Assembly (NCBI GenBank): GCA_030645915.1 | Contig: JAUSNO010000004.1 | Span: forward strand, 5,269 to 69,268 | Length of the DNA: 64,000 nt | Direction: 5' to 3' | Source: Undibacterium sp. | GTDB taxonomy: Bacteria > Pseudomonadota > Gammaproteobacteria > Burkholderiales > Burkholderiaceae_D | Shown here: piece by piece, positions 28,538 through 40,151 of the stretch | How the letters are laid out: every line of letters starts with the position of its first letter | Numbering within the stretch: position 1 is the first letter of the stretch | Translations under genes and position numbers: made by a program | Notes under the pieces: model-generated | Database searches by the model: none | Told to the model about the DNA's origin: nothing | The model's input: the letters and a program-made list of their open reading frames with translations, nothing else

Positions 28538-28719
28538 TTTAACCGAGAATTTCCATTAGGATTTGAGAAGATGACGGATGCATTTTTCGAGGCAGTTTTG
28601 GCGTGAATGAGGCGCTCATGGCTAGCCATGAGCAACGAAGAACGGCAAAAATGACCGAAAATGCGCCGTCAGCGCTCAAATAGCACCTTTGGTGCGCCTA
28701 ATGGAAAATCTCGGTTTAA
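28538..28719. mobile_element. 182-bp MITE-like fold-back element (family C)
   Basis: Terminal inverted repeats TTTAACCGAGAATTTCCATTAGG (left) and CCTAATGGAAAATCTCGGTTTAA (right). Internally colinear with the inverted copy at 55651-55832. No coding capacity. Confidence 0.7.
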
Positions 28720-28800
28720 TGCTCTGCTATGATGCTCGCACATGCAAATCTTTGATGCATCGCGATGATTTCCTTCCCTCATTACTAATCGAGCACACAC

Positions 28801-29454
28801 ATGATCCAACTTTATTACTCACCAGGCACGGCCTGTCTTGCACCGCATTTCTTGATGGAAGAATTAGGCTTGCCGTATGAGCTGGTGCTGGTCGATACCA
28901 GTAAAAAGGAACACCAGCAGCCTGCGTATTTACAGTTGAATCCTAACGGCAAAATCCCGCTGCTGATCGACGGTGATTTGCAGCTGACCGAGAGCGCCGC
29001 CATCTGCATGTACCTGGCCGATCAATATCCGGATTCAAGCAAAACGAATAATTTTTCTCCAGCACTTGGTACACCGGCTCGCGCCCAGCTGTATCAATGG
29101 ATGATGTACCTCACGAACACCTTGCAGGCAGAATTGCTGACTTACTTTTATCCCGACCGTCTTAGCGAAGACGAAGCGTGCACGGCACAAGTCAAAGCCA
29201 AGGCCGAACAGCGCGTGGCGCAAATGCTGGAGTATGTTGATGCAAATCTGGCGAAATCAAAAGGCGCGTATCTATTGGGTACGCAATTGAGCCTAGCCGA
29301 CCTGTTTTTGTTCATGCTATGCCGCTGGACGCGAGGGATGCAAAAACCCGCCCGCGCGTATCCGCACATCGGCCCCTATCTGAATGTATTGCTTGAGCGG
29401 CCTTCGATCGCCAAGGCGTTCAAGATGGAAGGGGTTGAGGCGCCGTTTTATTGA
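28801..29454 (+). CDS. glutathione S-transferase family protein
   Basis: MIQLYYSPGTACLAPHFLMEELGLPYELVLVD thioredoxin-like N-domain, IPLLIDGDLQLTESAAI, and a helical C-domain. Confidence 0.85.
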   Translation: MIQLYYSPGTACLAPHFLMEELGLPYELVLVDTSKKEHQQPAYLQLNPNGKIPLLIDGDLQLTESAAICMYLADQYPDSSKTNNFSPALGTPARAQLYQWMMYLTNTLQAELLTYFYPDRLSEDEACTAQVKAKAEQRVAQMLEYVDANLAKSKGAYLLGTQLSLADLFLFMLCRWTRGMQKPARAYPHIGPYLNVLLERPSIAKAFKMEGVEAPFY

Positions 29455-29658
29455 TTCATTCACCACTTTTCCCTAATGGTGAATATCCTAATGTGAGAGA
29501 AACTGATATTCGGGAACGCGGCGTGGCGTTAAATCTAGTCCGCCGCGCCGCCGCTAATGCCGGTCCCTGGCATTTCAATGCAATGCGGAGCATTCTAATT
29601 CACATGTCGATTTAATTCAAAATAAGTGTCCTTGGCTATTGGGCGCACGACTAAGAAA

Positions 29659-31638
29659 TCAACCTTTTTTACCAATATGCTTATCGAGGAATTTTTCCAA
29701 ATTTTCGTAAAATTCTTTGCGTCGCTGAGCATCATAAAAACCATGGCCTTCGTCTGGTTCCATTGTCCATTCGGGTGATCGCCCAGCCTTGATCAGGGCT
29801 TCGCGCATACGTTTAGCGTGTTCTACGGGAGCAATTTCGTCCTTGCCGCCATGTACCAACCAAACCGGCACCTTGATCTTGTCCGCTTGTTTAGACGGTG
29901 ACTGGCGCGCCAATTCGTCTTCATTCTCGCCCAAAGTCCGCTTAAAGTAAGCGGTCAAATTTTTGCTAGAAGCTATGCGATTTTCTTTAAAAATATAAGC
30001 CAAATCATATACGCCGGCATAGCCAATAGCACACTTGAACATATCAGGTTCACGTACTGGCAACATCAAAGCGGAATAGCCGCCAAAGCTAATACCAAAA
30101 GTACAGATGCGTTTGACATCAATGCCGCCTTGGATGATGGCAGCTTTCACGCCATCAATCAAATCGTCTTGGATCAAATTACCCCATTGTTTATAGCCAG
30201 ACTGTTCAAAACTTTTCCCGCGTCCACCAGAGCCACGGAAATTGATTTGTAATACCGCATAACCACGGCTGGCCAAAAATTGTGCATCTTGATCAAAATA
30301 CCAGTCATCAGCTGGGCCAAATGGCCCGCCGTGTGGCATCAATACCATGGGCAACTTTTGTTTGCTTGTGTCGACGTTTTTCGGCACAGTCAGATAACCA
30401 TACAGATCTAGCCCATCGCGCGCCTTGAAAGAGAATGGTCGGCGTTCTGCCATCTGTTCCGGATCAATTTCTTCTGCCGTCGAAAATAATAGATCGGCCG
30501 TGCCACTTTTTTTGTCATATAAAAAATAAGAACCCGGATCACGATCACTGGCGACGCCAAATAACAGCTTACCGCCATCATCGGTAAAGTTAATAAAATT
30601 AACAATACTGCCGGGGAATTGCTGACTCAGATCTTTGTGCAACTTCACATTGGTAGAATTGGTATCCAAGTAATGCACACTAGGTATGCCGATATTACTA
30701 ATGGTAGCAAACGGACTAGCGTGCAATTCATTCCATTGAAGTGAATATTCGCCTCGTGAATCTTGTGCAAGTATGGTGCGTAGTCCGGTTTTGACAGACT
30801 CGCGGACAAAAGCCGCTGGTTCGCCTTTGGCACTCACATAGGCATAAAACTCGCTATTGTCCAGACTGAAACCCATCGGAGAAAAACGGTTACCAACCAC
30901 ATCATCACCCAACTTTTTCCATTCTCCGCTGGTATCGTCATGCCGGTAGACAATCTGCCATGCATTATCATCGACACCAGTGGCGAAGCGAGGTATGCCG
31001 TCCCTTTGTGTATAAAAGTCTAAATGTTTCACGCCAATTTCAGCCACTAACTTACGTGCGGCTGTTACGGTATTCATATCATATAAAAAACTACGTTCAC
31101 CTCTCCAAAGATAAGTACCAATCAGCACGTGTTCATCGCGTTTCGGGACGCTTTCAATTGAACCGTAGCCATAGTCATCTCCATACCGATCGCCTTTAGT
31201 GGATGATCGAAAATTATCATAACCATACAAATATTGAAAGCGTTTGCCGTCCAGATCAACAGCAACTACCTCACCCGTTGCCTGTGGAGCTTCGCGCAAA
31301 CCCACTTCTATGCCCTTGGTTACAATTAGACGGGTATTAGTGGCCCAACCGAAGCTTAAAGGAATATCAAATTTTTCCATCGCCATTGCGCCAACCAGCT
31401 TCAGATCTGGGAGCGAATACACGGACAAGGTCGGCACCATGCGGCCATTACGTAGCATACGGACCTTGATGGCGATATGCTTACCATCGGGCGACAAGCG
31501 TGGACTGCTAAACTGATCTTGCTTAACAAAGGTCTCAATCGGAATCAAGCTCTGTTGTGCCGACGCAGTGCCAACGCCCACAAAAAATAAAGAGAGACAA
31601 ATCGAAAGTATCGTTTTTATATACATGAAAGGTTTCAT
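29659..31638 (-). CDS. S9-family serine peptidase (prolyl oligopeptidase / acylaminoacyl-peptidase type), secreted
   Basis: GISFGGYSAL nucleophile elbow, HGGKDEIAP and EGHGF triad elements, an N-terminal beta-propeller-length region, and signal-like MKPFMYIKTILSICLSLFFVGVGTASA. The gene is visibly AT-richer than its neighbours. The exact start is ambiguous (31701/31638/31626). Confidence 0.85.
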   Translation of the reverse strand: MKPFMYIKTILSICLSLFFVGVGTASAQQSLIPIETFVKQDQFSSPRLSPDGKHIAIKVRMLRNGRMVPTLSVYSLPDLKLVGAMAMEKFDIPLSFGWATNTRLIVTKGIEVGLREAPQATGEVVAVDLDGKRFQYLYGYDNFRSSTKGDRYGDDYGYGSIESVPKRDEHVLIGTYLWRGERSFLYDMNTVTAARKLVAEIGVKHLDFYTQRDGIPRFATGVDDNAWQIVYRHDDTSGEWKKLGDDVVGNRFSPMGFSLDNSEFYAYVSAKGEPAAFVRESVKTGLRTILAQDSRGEYSLQWNELHASPFATISNIGIPSVHYLDTNSTNVKLHKDLSQQFPGSIVNFINFTDDGGKLLFGVASDRDPGSYFLYDKKSGTADLLFSTAEEIDPEQMAERRPFSFKARDGLDLYGYLTVPKNVDTSKQKLPMVLMPHGGPFGPADDWYFDQDAQFLASRGYAVLQINFRGSGGRGKSFEQSGYKQWGNLIQDDLIDGVKAAIIQGGIDVKRICTFGISFGGYSALMLPVREPDMFKCAIGYAGVYDLAYIFKENRIASSKNLTAYFKRTLGENEDELARQSPSKQADKIKVPVWLVHGGKDEIAPVEHAKRMREALIKAGRSPEWTMEPDEGHGFYDAQRRKEFYENLEKFLDKHIGKKG

Positions 31639-31841
31639 TGGAAATTGATGAGTAGCGCTAGCAGTTGATCTGGCACCGCCTGACAGATTTGTCAGCATCA
31701 ATGCATTGGCAAAAACATATGGTATCGCAATTGCAATAGTGACATAGTTAAAAATGCCACATATCGTCAGTTTTAAATCACAATAATTGTCGTCATGTTT
31801 GGGAGTGCTTTTAATACTTAGTTATTTAATCTGAATTAACG

Positions 31842-33089
31842 TCAGTATCCCACCACTTTTGCCCTATCCAGCATCGCATGCAGCAGCACATTGCAGCCCG
31901 CTTCCAGATGATCGGCTCGTGCGTCTTCGATCTCGTTGTGGCTGATGCCGTCCTTGCAGGGGACGAAGATCATGCCTGCCGGTGCCAGCCTGGCGGCGTA
32001 GATCGCGTCGTGGCCTGCGCCTGAGACGACGTCCATATTGCTGTAGCCGAGTTTGGCGGTGGCGCTTCTCACAGCATCCACGCATTCTGGATGGAAGGGG
32101 CAGGGCGGGTAATACGAGACTCTTTCCGTGTGGATTTTCAGGCCGGTTTCTTTGCTAACTTTGTCGGCGAAGGCGAGAATTTCTTCGTGCATCTGGTTGA
32201 GCAATTCGTCGTTGATATTGCGCAGGTCGATGCTGAATTTGACTTCGCCCGGGATCACGTTGCGGCTGTTGGGGAAGACCTGCACCATGCCTACCGTGCC
32301 GCGCCCATACGGCGGATAGCGGTTGCCGATATTGACTACCTCTTGCATGATTTTGGTGGCCACTTGCAGTGCGTCCTTGCGCAGGTGCATCGGTGTCGGG
32401 CCGGCGTGCGCTTCCATGCCGGTGACTACGCAGTCGTACCAGGACAGGCCCATCACGGCTGGCACGACGCCGATGACCTTGTCGGCGTCTTCCAGCACCG
32501 GGCCTTGTTCTATGTGCGCTTCAAAATACGCGCCTATCGGATGGTCGCCCGGCTCTTGCTCGCCCAAATAACCGATGCGCGTGAGCTCATCTTTGACGCT
32601 CTTGCCTTCGGTATCGGTAGCGGCATACGCGGTCTCCAAGGTGAAGGCGCCGCAGAAGACGCCTGAGCCCATCATCACCGGCACGAAGCGCGAACCTTCT
32701 TCGTTGGTCCAGAAAGTCACCTCAATCGGCGCTTCGGTCTGGATGTTGTGATCGTTAAGCGTGCGCACCACTTCCAGCGCAGCCAGCACGCCATAATTGC
32801 CGTCGAACTTGCCGCCGGTAGGCTGGGTGTCGATGTGGCTGCCGGAGACTATTGGCGGCAGCGCTGGATTAGTCCCTTCCCTGCGCATGAAGACATTGCC
32901 TATCTTATCTACCGTGACAGTCAACCCCGCCTGTTTGGCCCAGCCGACGACCAGGTCGCGCCCTTGTTTGTCGAGGTCAGTCAAGGCCAGGCGTTTGACG
33001 CCGCCTTTTGCGGTGGCGCCGATTTGCGCCAGTTCCATGATGGCGTTCCAGAGACGCGTTCCGTTGATTCTTAGTGTGTCGGTTTGCAT
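31842..33089 (-). CDS. M20-family Zn-dependent amidohydrolase (N-carbamoyl-beta-alanine / N-carbamoyl-amino-acid amidohydrolase type)
   Basis: GSHIDTQPTGGKFDGNYGVLAALEV and WTNEEGSRF blocks typical of AmaB/HyuC/allantoate amidohydrolase relatives. Sits in a pyrimidine-catabolic context. Confidence 0.8.
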   Translation of the reverse strand: MQTDTLRINGTRLWNAIMELAQIGATAKGGVKRLALTDLDKQGRDLVVGWAKQAGLTVTVDKIGNVFMRREGTNPALPPIVSGSHIDTQPTGGKFDGNYGVLAALEVVRTLNDHNIQTEAPIEVTFWTNEEGSRFVPVMMGSGVFCGAFTLETAYAATDTEGKSVKDELTRIGYLGEQEPGDHPIGAYFEAHIEQGPVLEDADKVIGVVPAVMGLSWYDCVVTGMEAHAGPTPMHLRKDALQVATKIMQEVVNIGNRYPPYGRGTVGMVQVFPNSRNVIPGEVKFSIDLRNINDELLNQMHEEILAFADKVSKETGLKIHTERVSYYPPCPFHPECVDAVRSATAKLGYSNMDVVSGAGHDAIYAARLAPAGMIFVPCKDGISHNEIEDARADHLEAGCNVLLHAMLDRAKVVGY

Positions 33090-33130
33090 GATGATTCTTT
33101 CTTTGAATTCGTTTTACTTAAATCAAATCT

Positions 33131-33247
33131 GTCCACGAAAAACACGAAAGGCACGAAAAAAAAGCAAATGCAAAAAAGAAGAAATTCAAAGAACAAATTG
33201 TTTTTAGCTCTTTTGCTTCTTTCGTGTTTTTCGTGCCTTTCGTGGAC
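33131..33247. repeat. CACGAAA fold-back element (family B)
   Basis: GTCCACGAAAAACACGAAAGGCACGAAAAA ... TTCGTGTTTTTCGTGCCTTTCGTGGAC with an A-rich centre. Intercistronic between the dihydropyrimidinase and the amidohydrolase. Confidence 0.8.
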
Positions 33248-33261
33248 CATGTTTTTGACCT

Positions 33262-34704
<1,443 letters not shown>

Positions 34705-34735
34705 CTATTTCTCCTCATGTTCGGTAAAAACACCG

Positions 34736-36238
34736 TCACAGACTGGCGTGTTCGGCGCTTGTGGTGCTTGTGGTGGCAGTCGTTTCAGGCTGTAGCTTCA
34801 TCATCAACAGATACACGACGCTGGCCAGCAGCAGACCGACGAACCAGGCGTAGGTGTAGATGGCCTTGAAGGCTGCTGAAGTATCGGGGAAAGAGGCAGG
34901 AAATGCCGCATTCAGAAAGCCCGGAATATTCGGTGCGACGCCGATCACAAAGGCAATAATCGCCGCGCTATTCCAGCCGCTACCGTAGCTGTATTTTCCA
35001 TCGGCGACATACAGCTGGGCGACATCGAGCTCGGTTTTGCGGATCAGGTAATAGTCAACGATCAGAATGCCGGCGATCGGCCCCAGCAGGGCGGAATAGC
35101 CGATCAGCCAGGTGAAGATATAGCCCTGGGTCGACTCGAGTATCTTCCAGGGCATGATGGCAATCGCGATGAAGGCGGTGATATAACCGCCGGTTTTGTA
35201 GGAGATCAGCTTGGGGCTAAGCGCAGAAAAATCGTAGGCCGGGCCGACCAGATTCGCCGCCAGATTCACGCTGACGGTATCGATCAGCAAGATCAGCAAG
35301 GCGATCAGGACTGCAATGCCGGTCATGCGGCTGGCCAGGTCGACCGGGTCCCAGATCGCTTTGCCATACAACACCACGGTGGCGGAAGTGACGATGACCG
35401 CCAGCATGGAGAGCAAGGCCATCGGTACCGGCAAACCTATACTTTGCCCCAGCACCTGATCGCGCTGGGTTTTGGCGAAGCGCGTGAAGTCAGGAATGTT
35501 GAGTGCCAGCGTGGCCCAGAAGCCGACCATGGCGGTCAGTGAAGGCCAGAAGGCAGACCAGAATTGCCCGGCCTTTTTGCCGCCCTCGATAAACTGCGAA
35601 GGTTGATCGAGGATAGGGCCGAAGCCGCCCGCCTTGTTATAGACCCATCCCAACAGGACAAAGCAAATCAGGATCTTCAATGGCGCGGTATAGGTTTCCA
35701 GCTTGCGGATGGAATCCATGCCGTGAAAAATGTACCAGAACTGTATCGCCCAAAAAGCCAGGAAACAGATCAGCTGCGCGGCGTTGATACCGAGGCCGGC
35801 AATATTCTCGCCGCCAAGCGAGCGGCCCAGCATCACGCCGGCCAGCGTATAAATCATCTGCCCGCCAAACCAGGTTTGTATGCCGTACCAGCCGCAAGCC
35901 ACAATCGCGCGCATCAAGGCGGGTAGGCGTGCGCCAGTGGTGCCAAACGAGGCGCGCGCCAGCACTGCGTAAGGGATGCCGTATTTGGTGCCGGCATGCC
36001 CGATCAGCAACATCGGCACCAGCACGATGGCATTGGCCAAAAACACCGTCAGCACCGCCTGCATGGCAGACATGCCACCCTCGATCAGGCTGGCAGCCAG
36101 CGTGTAAGCGGGAATGCACATCACCATCCCTACCCACAGGGCAGCGAAATGATACCAGCGCCAGGTGCGCTGGCTAGCCGTGGTGGGGGCCAGATCTTCG
36201 TTCCAGAGTGCTTCGTTGGCTGCTGGGTTTTGGTTCAT
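34736..36238 (-). CDS. NCS1-family nucleobase:cation symporter
   Basis: 12-TM protein with an N-terminal NEDLAPT...RTW motif characteristic of NCS1 permeases. Confidence 0.85.
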   Translation of the reverse strand: MNQNPAANEALWNEDLAPTTASQRTWRWYHFAALWVGMVMCIPAYTLAASLIEGGMSAMQAVLTVFLANAIVLVPMLLIGHAGTKYGIPYAVLARASFGTTGARLPALMRAIVACGWYGIQTWFGGQMIYTLAGVMLGRSLGGENIAGLGINAAQLICFLAFWAIQFWYIFHGMDSIRKLETYTAPLKILICFVLLGWVYNKAGGFGPILDQPSQFIEGGKKAGQFWSAFWPSLTAMVGFWATLALNIPDFTRFAKTQRDQVLGQSIGLPVPMALLSMLAVIVTSATVVLYGKAIWDPVDLASRMTGIAVLIALLILLIDTVSVNLAANLVGPAYDFSALSPKLISYKTGGYITAFIAIAIMPWKILESTQGYIFTWLIGYSALLGPIAGILIVDYYLIRKTELDVAQLYVADGKYSYGSGWNSAAIIAFVIGVAPNIPGFLNAAFPASFPDTSAAFKAIYTYAWFVGLLLASVVYLLMMKLQPETTATTSTTSAEHASL

Positions 36239-36336
36239 TGTCTCTTCCTGCGATGGTTGAACGATGCTGCGAACACTTGAAATATTAACTTAGCGCTGGA
36301 GCAAGCCACACGGTTTTTTTATCGACGCTTTAATTT

Positions 36337-36440
36337 GTCCACGAAAAACACGAAAGGCACGAAAAAAATCAAGAATAAGAAAACGATATTACTTCTTTTT
36401 GTCTTTTGCCTTGTTCGTGCTTTTCGTGCCTTTCGTGGAC
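36337..36440. repeat. CACGAAA fold-back element (family B)
   Basis: GTCCACGAAAAACACGAAAGGCACGAAAAA ... TTCGTGCTTTTCGTGCCTTTCGTGGAC. Intercistronic between preA and the NCS1 gene. Confidence 0.8.
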
Positions 36441-36449
36441 AGAGTTTTT

Positions 36450-37724
36450 TTATGCGATCACCCTGCGCGGATTGCGCGGGTCTTGGGTCCAGTTCATGTA
36501 AGGCTTGCCGGATACCTGTTCTACCATCGTAATGCAGCCATCCACAGGGCAGGTGATTTCGCACAGATTGCAGCCCACGCATTCTTCCTTGTTGACCTCG
36601 TACTTGCGTGCGCCGCCATCGAGTATCAGCTGGTGAATGGATTGGTGCGAGGTGTCTTCGCAGGCGATAAAACATTTGCCGCAACCTATGCATTTATCCT
36701 GGTCGATCTCGGCGATGACCTGATAGTTCATGTCCAGGTATTTCCAGTCGGTGGTATTGGCTACCGCCTTGCCGGCGAAATCGGCGATGGTGGCGTAGCC
36801 CTTTTCATCCATCCAGCGCGACAGGCCGTCTTTCATTTCCTCCACGATTCTAAAGCCGTGCAGCATCGCCGCCGTGCAGACCTGCACGGAACCAGCGCCC
36901 AGCGCAATGAATTCCGCCGCATCGCGCCAGCTGGAGATGCCGCCTATGCCTGAGATGGGCAAGCCCTGCGTGGCGGGGTCGCGTGCGATTTCGGCCACCA
37001 TGTTCAGCGCAATCGGCTTGACTGCCGAGCCGCAATAGCCGCCGTGTGTGCTGCGCCCGCCAACGATGGGTCTGGCCACCATATTGTCCAGGTCTATCGA
37101 GGTAATTGAGTTGATGGTATTGATCAGCGAGACCGCATCGGCACCGCCGTTTTTTGCTGCACGTGCCGGTTGGCGTATGTCGGTAATATTCGGCGTGAGC
37201 TTGACGATCACCGGCAGCTTGGAATATTGCTTGCACCAGCGTGTGACTCGTTCCACGTATTCCGGCACCTGCCCCACCGCCGCGCCCATGCCGCGCTCTG
37301 GCATGCCGTGCGGGCAGCCGAAGTTAAGTTCTATACCATCAGCGCCGGTCGCATCTATCAATGGCAAGACCGTGCGCCAGGCCTCTTCTTCACACGGGAA
37401 CATCAGCGAAACGATCATCGCGCGGTCTGGCCAATCCTTTTTGACTTGAGTGATTTCACGCAGATTAATTTCTAGCGTTCTATCGGTAATCAGCTCGATA
37501 TTATTGAAGCCCAGCACCTCGCGGTTCTTGCCATAGTGCGCAGAATAACGCGAGGAGACATTCACTGCCGCCGGGTCTTCGCCCAGGGTTTTCCAGACCA
37601 CGCCACCCCAGCCCGCTTCAAAAGCGCGGATGACGTTGTAGGCCTTGTCGGTAGGCGGCGCGGACGCTAGCCAGAATGGGTTCGGTGCCTTGATGCCGGC
37701 AAAATTGATGCTTAGATCAGCCAT
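36450..37724 (-). CDS. preA: NAD-dependent dihydropyrimidine dehydrogenase subunit PreA
   Basis: Dihydroorotate-dehydrogenase-like barrel (NFGCPHGM) plus two C-terminal ferredoxin motifs (CIGCGKCFIACE, CVGCNLCEITCP). Confidence 0.9.
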   Translation of the reverse strand: MADLSINFAGIKAPNPFWLASAPPTDKAYNVIRAFEAGWGGVVWKTLGEDPAAVNVSSRYSAHYGKNREVLGFNNIELITDRTLEINLREITQVKKDWPDRAMIVSLMFPCEEEAWRTVLPLIDATGADGIELNFGCPHGMPERGMGAAVGQVPEYVERVTRWCKQYSKLPVIVKLTPNITDIRQPARAAKNGGADAVSLINTINSITSIDLDNMVARPIVGGRSTHGGYCGSAVKPIALNMVAEIARDPATQGLPISGIGGISSWRDAAEFIALGAGSVQVCTAAMLHGFRIVEEMKDGLSRWMDEKGYATIADFAGKAVANTTDWKYLDMNYQVIAEIDQDKCIGCGKCFIACEDTSHQSIHQLILDGGARKYEVNKEECVGCNLCEITCPVDGCITMVEQVSGKPYMNWTQDPRNPRRVIA

Positions 37725-39081
37725 GACTGGCCTCCGCTTTTAAAGTTAAATCTGAATGGATTGCGGCGGCGGCAAGCTTGCCATGCTGTACCGCCTGCAC
37801 GGTGAGATCCTGATCCGGTGCGACGCAATCGCCGCCGGCATATACTCCGAGTAAGCTGGTTCTGAACTGCGCATCGACATGAATCTTGTCGGCCTGTTTT
37901 TGTAATTGGGCTGCAACCGGGTTGCTAAGATCCAAGGACTGGCCGATGGCTTTGAAGATCGCGTCGGCAGGCAACTCAAAAGTCTCGCCGGTTGCCACTA
38001 ATTTTCCGCTATCGAGTCTGGTTTTTTCAAAGCGCATGCCGCGCACTTTGCCGGCATCGTCTAACAAGACCGAGTGCGGCTGCGCCCAGGTCTTGATCCT
38101 GACCTGATTGGCTTTGGCGATGTCTTGCTCATGCCCTGTGGCCGACATCGCTTCAGTGCCGCGCCGGTACACGATAGTGACGTCCTCCGCGCCTAGCCTT
38201 GCAATCTGCACCGCCATATCGATCGCGGTATTGCCGGCACCGATGACCAGCGCACGCCTTGGCACCGGCAAGTCGCTCAAGTCTTGTGCCTGTCTTAGCT
38301 CGGCGATGTAGTCCACCGCTGGCAGCAAACCCGGCGCATCTTCACCCGTCAGACCGAGGGCGCGACTGGCGCCCAGACCTATGCCCAGGAACACCGCAGC
38401 ATATTTATTCTGCAAATCCTGCAGTTGAAGATTCTCACCCAGAATCTGGCCGTAGTTGATCTGGATGCCACCGATCTCTAGCAAGAATTCGACTTCGCGC
38501 TGCGCGTATGCATCAGTGAGTTTGTATTTGGCAATGCCGTATTCATTCAGCCCGCCCGGCTTGGCCTGCGATTCAAATATTTCGACGTTGTTGCCCAGCA
38601 TAGCCAGCCGGTGCGCGCAGGCCAGGCCGGCAGGACCGGCGCCGACGATGGCGATAGTGCGCCCGGTTGCGGCGGCGCGTGGAAACGGATGTGTAACGAA
38701 ATGCATGTGGTCTATCGCATGGCGTTGCAGCAAGCCGATCTTGACCGGCTGTGCCTCGGCATCATGATTGCGCACGCAAGCCTGCTCGCACAGGATCTCG
38801 GTCGGACAAACGCGCGAGCAGCTGCCGCCCAGAATATTCGATTGCAATATGACTTTAGCTGCGCCATTGATATTGTCATGCGCGATATTGCGGATGAAGC
38901 TGGCAACGTCGATCTCGGACGGACAGATGCGCGTGCAGGGGGCGTCGTAGCAATACAGGCAGCGTTCGCTTTCGATTACCGCCTGGCGCGCCGTTAGCGG
39001 CGGCGCCAGATCGGTAAAACGTGCCGCCAGCGTGTCGTTGCTAACGCCTGCCGGTTGCAGATGTTTGAGAGATTCAATCAT
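37717..39081 (-). CDS. preT: NAD-dependent dihydropyrimidine dehydrogenase subunit PreT
   Basis: N-terminal Fe-S motifs (CLYCYDAPCTRICP, CSRVCP), IAIVGAGPAGLA and VIGAGNTAID dinucleotide folds. Overlaps preA by 8 nt. Confidence 0.9.
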   Translation of the reverse strand: MIESLKHLQPAGVSNDTLAARFTDLAPPLTARQAVIESERCLYCYDAPCTRICPSEIDVASFIRNIAHDNINGAAKVILQSNILGGSCSRVCPTEILCEQACVRNHDAEAQPVKIGLLQRHAIDHMHFVTHPFPRAAATGRTIAIVGAGPAGLACAHRLAMLGNNVEIFESQAKPGGLNEYGIAKYKLTDAYAQREVEFLLEIGGIQINYGQILGENLQLQDLQNKYAAVFLGIGLGASRALGLTGEDAPGLLPAVDYIAELRQAQDLSDLPVPRRALVIGAGNTAIDMAVQIARLGAEDVTIVYRRGTEAMSATGHEQDIAKANQVRIKTWAQPHSVLLDDAGKVRGMRFEKTRLDSGKLVATGETFELPADAIFKAIGQSLDLSNPVAAQLQKQADKIHVDAQFRTSLLGVYAGGDCVAPDQDLTVQAVQHGKLAAAAIHSDLTLKAEASHG

Positions 39082-39144
39082 GGTCCATCCCTAAAAAGGT
39101 TTGTGTTGCTGATCATGCCAAATGCAAAAAAATTATTTACAAAA

Positions 39145-39160
39145 TTTACCAAGTGGTAAA
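39145..39160. promoter_or_regulatory. candidate RutR-type operator
   Basis: TTTACCAAGTGGTAAA has perfect 7-bp inverted arms with a 2-bp spacer, the same architecture as the E. coli RutR box TTGACCAnnTGGTCAA. Lies in the divergent preT / rutR-like intergenic region. Confidence 0.5.
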
Positions 39161-39304
39161 ACTATGATGCCATAATATTGAGCAGATTTACCATATCGAT
39201 AAGTGCTTTGAATAAAAATAATTAAATCGATCAGGTGATAAAAATGGCGCAGTTCTATACGATGTCAGCAATGCGGAACCATCAAGAGTGAACGGACTAT
39301 AAAA

Positions 39305-40024
39305 ATGCTAGAAAAGCGCCAGAAAGCCCCAGAAAAACTCGTTGCAAAAAAACCACTCGCCAACAAGTTAACCGCATCTGCAGCGCAAACCAAGCCACGC
39401 AGCAACACCCAACGCGAACTCAATCGCGACAAACTGGAAGCCGATATCCTGCAGCACGCCGTCAAGATGTTTGCCGAATGCGGCTATGAAGGCACATCGA
39501 TCGCCAGCATTGCGGAGCAAGTCGGCGTATCGAAACAAAACCTGCTGTATTACTTTGCCAGCAAGCAAATCCTGTATCAGCGTGTGCTCGATGACGTGCT
39601 AGACGCGTGGCTCGATCGCATGAACAGCCTGGCCGACGAGAGCCGCGATCCGCAGGATTTATTGCGCAGCTACATACAAGCCAAACTGCGCTTCTCACGC
39701 GAGCAACCCTGGGGTTCACGCGTGTATGCGATGGAGGTGATAGGCGGGGCCAAGATTTACGGACAGGAGATACGCAAGAAAGTCATCCCGCTGCTGCGCA
39801 AGGATATCGCGACATTTGAAAAGTGGATCAGCCAGGGCAAGATTGCGGCGGTCAATCCCACCCATTTGCTGTTCAGTATTTGGGCGATGACACAGTCGTA
39901 TGCGGATTTTTCCACGCAAATGACGCTGGTGCTGAATCAGAAAAAATTGAGTACCAAGGATTTTGCCGAGGCGGAAAAATTAATCGTGGAGATGGTGCTG
40001 GCAGCGATATCCATCAAGGCGTAA
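39305..40024 (+). CDS. TetR-family regulator, RutR-like
   Basis: TetR HTH (FAECGYEGTSIASIAEQVGVSKQNLLYYF). Divergent from the pyrimidine-catabolic operon. Confidence 0.75.
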   Translation: MLEKRQKAPEKLVAKKPLANKLTASAAQTKPRSNTQRELNRDKLEADILQHAVKMFAECGYEGTSIASIAEQVGVSKQNLLYYFASKQILYQRVLDDVLDAWLDRMNSLADESRDPQDLLRSYIQAKLRFSREQPWGSRVYAMEVIGGAKIYGQEIRKKVIPLLRKDIATFEKWISQGKIAAVNPTHLLFSIWAMTQSYADFSTQMTLVLNQKKLSTKDFAEAEKLIVEMVLAAISIKA

Positions 40025-40101
40025 ATTGCCTTGGACTTACAGTTAAGCATGGAGCGCTTGGAATGCTTTATAAATGATGACTCGACGATTAAGGCATCGA
40101 T

Positions 40102-40124
40102 AAAAAAGCGACCGAAGTCGCTTT
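40102..40124 (-). terminator. rho-independent terminator of the PEP-CTERM gene
   Basis: The minus strand reads AAGCGAC-TTCG-GTCGCTT followed by TTTTTAT, 28 nt after the stop at 40152. Confidence 0.65.
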
Positions 40125-40151
40125 GATGTCGAGTTCAGATACGGAAACTGA

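Noticed and set aside
29518-29551. GC-rich imperfect hairpin (GCGGCGTGGCG...CGCCGCGCCGC) in the AT-rich spacer between the GST and S9 peptidase genes.
   Set aside because: One mismatch, no flanking T or A run, and a single occurrence. It may be a weak bidirectional terminator but the evidence is insufficient.
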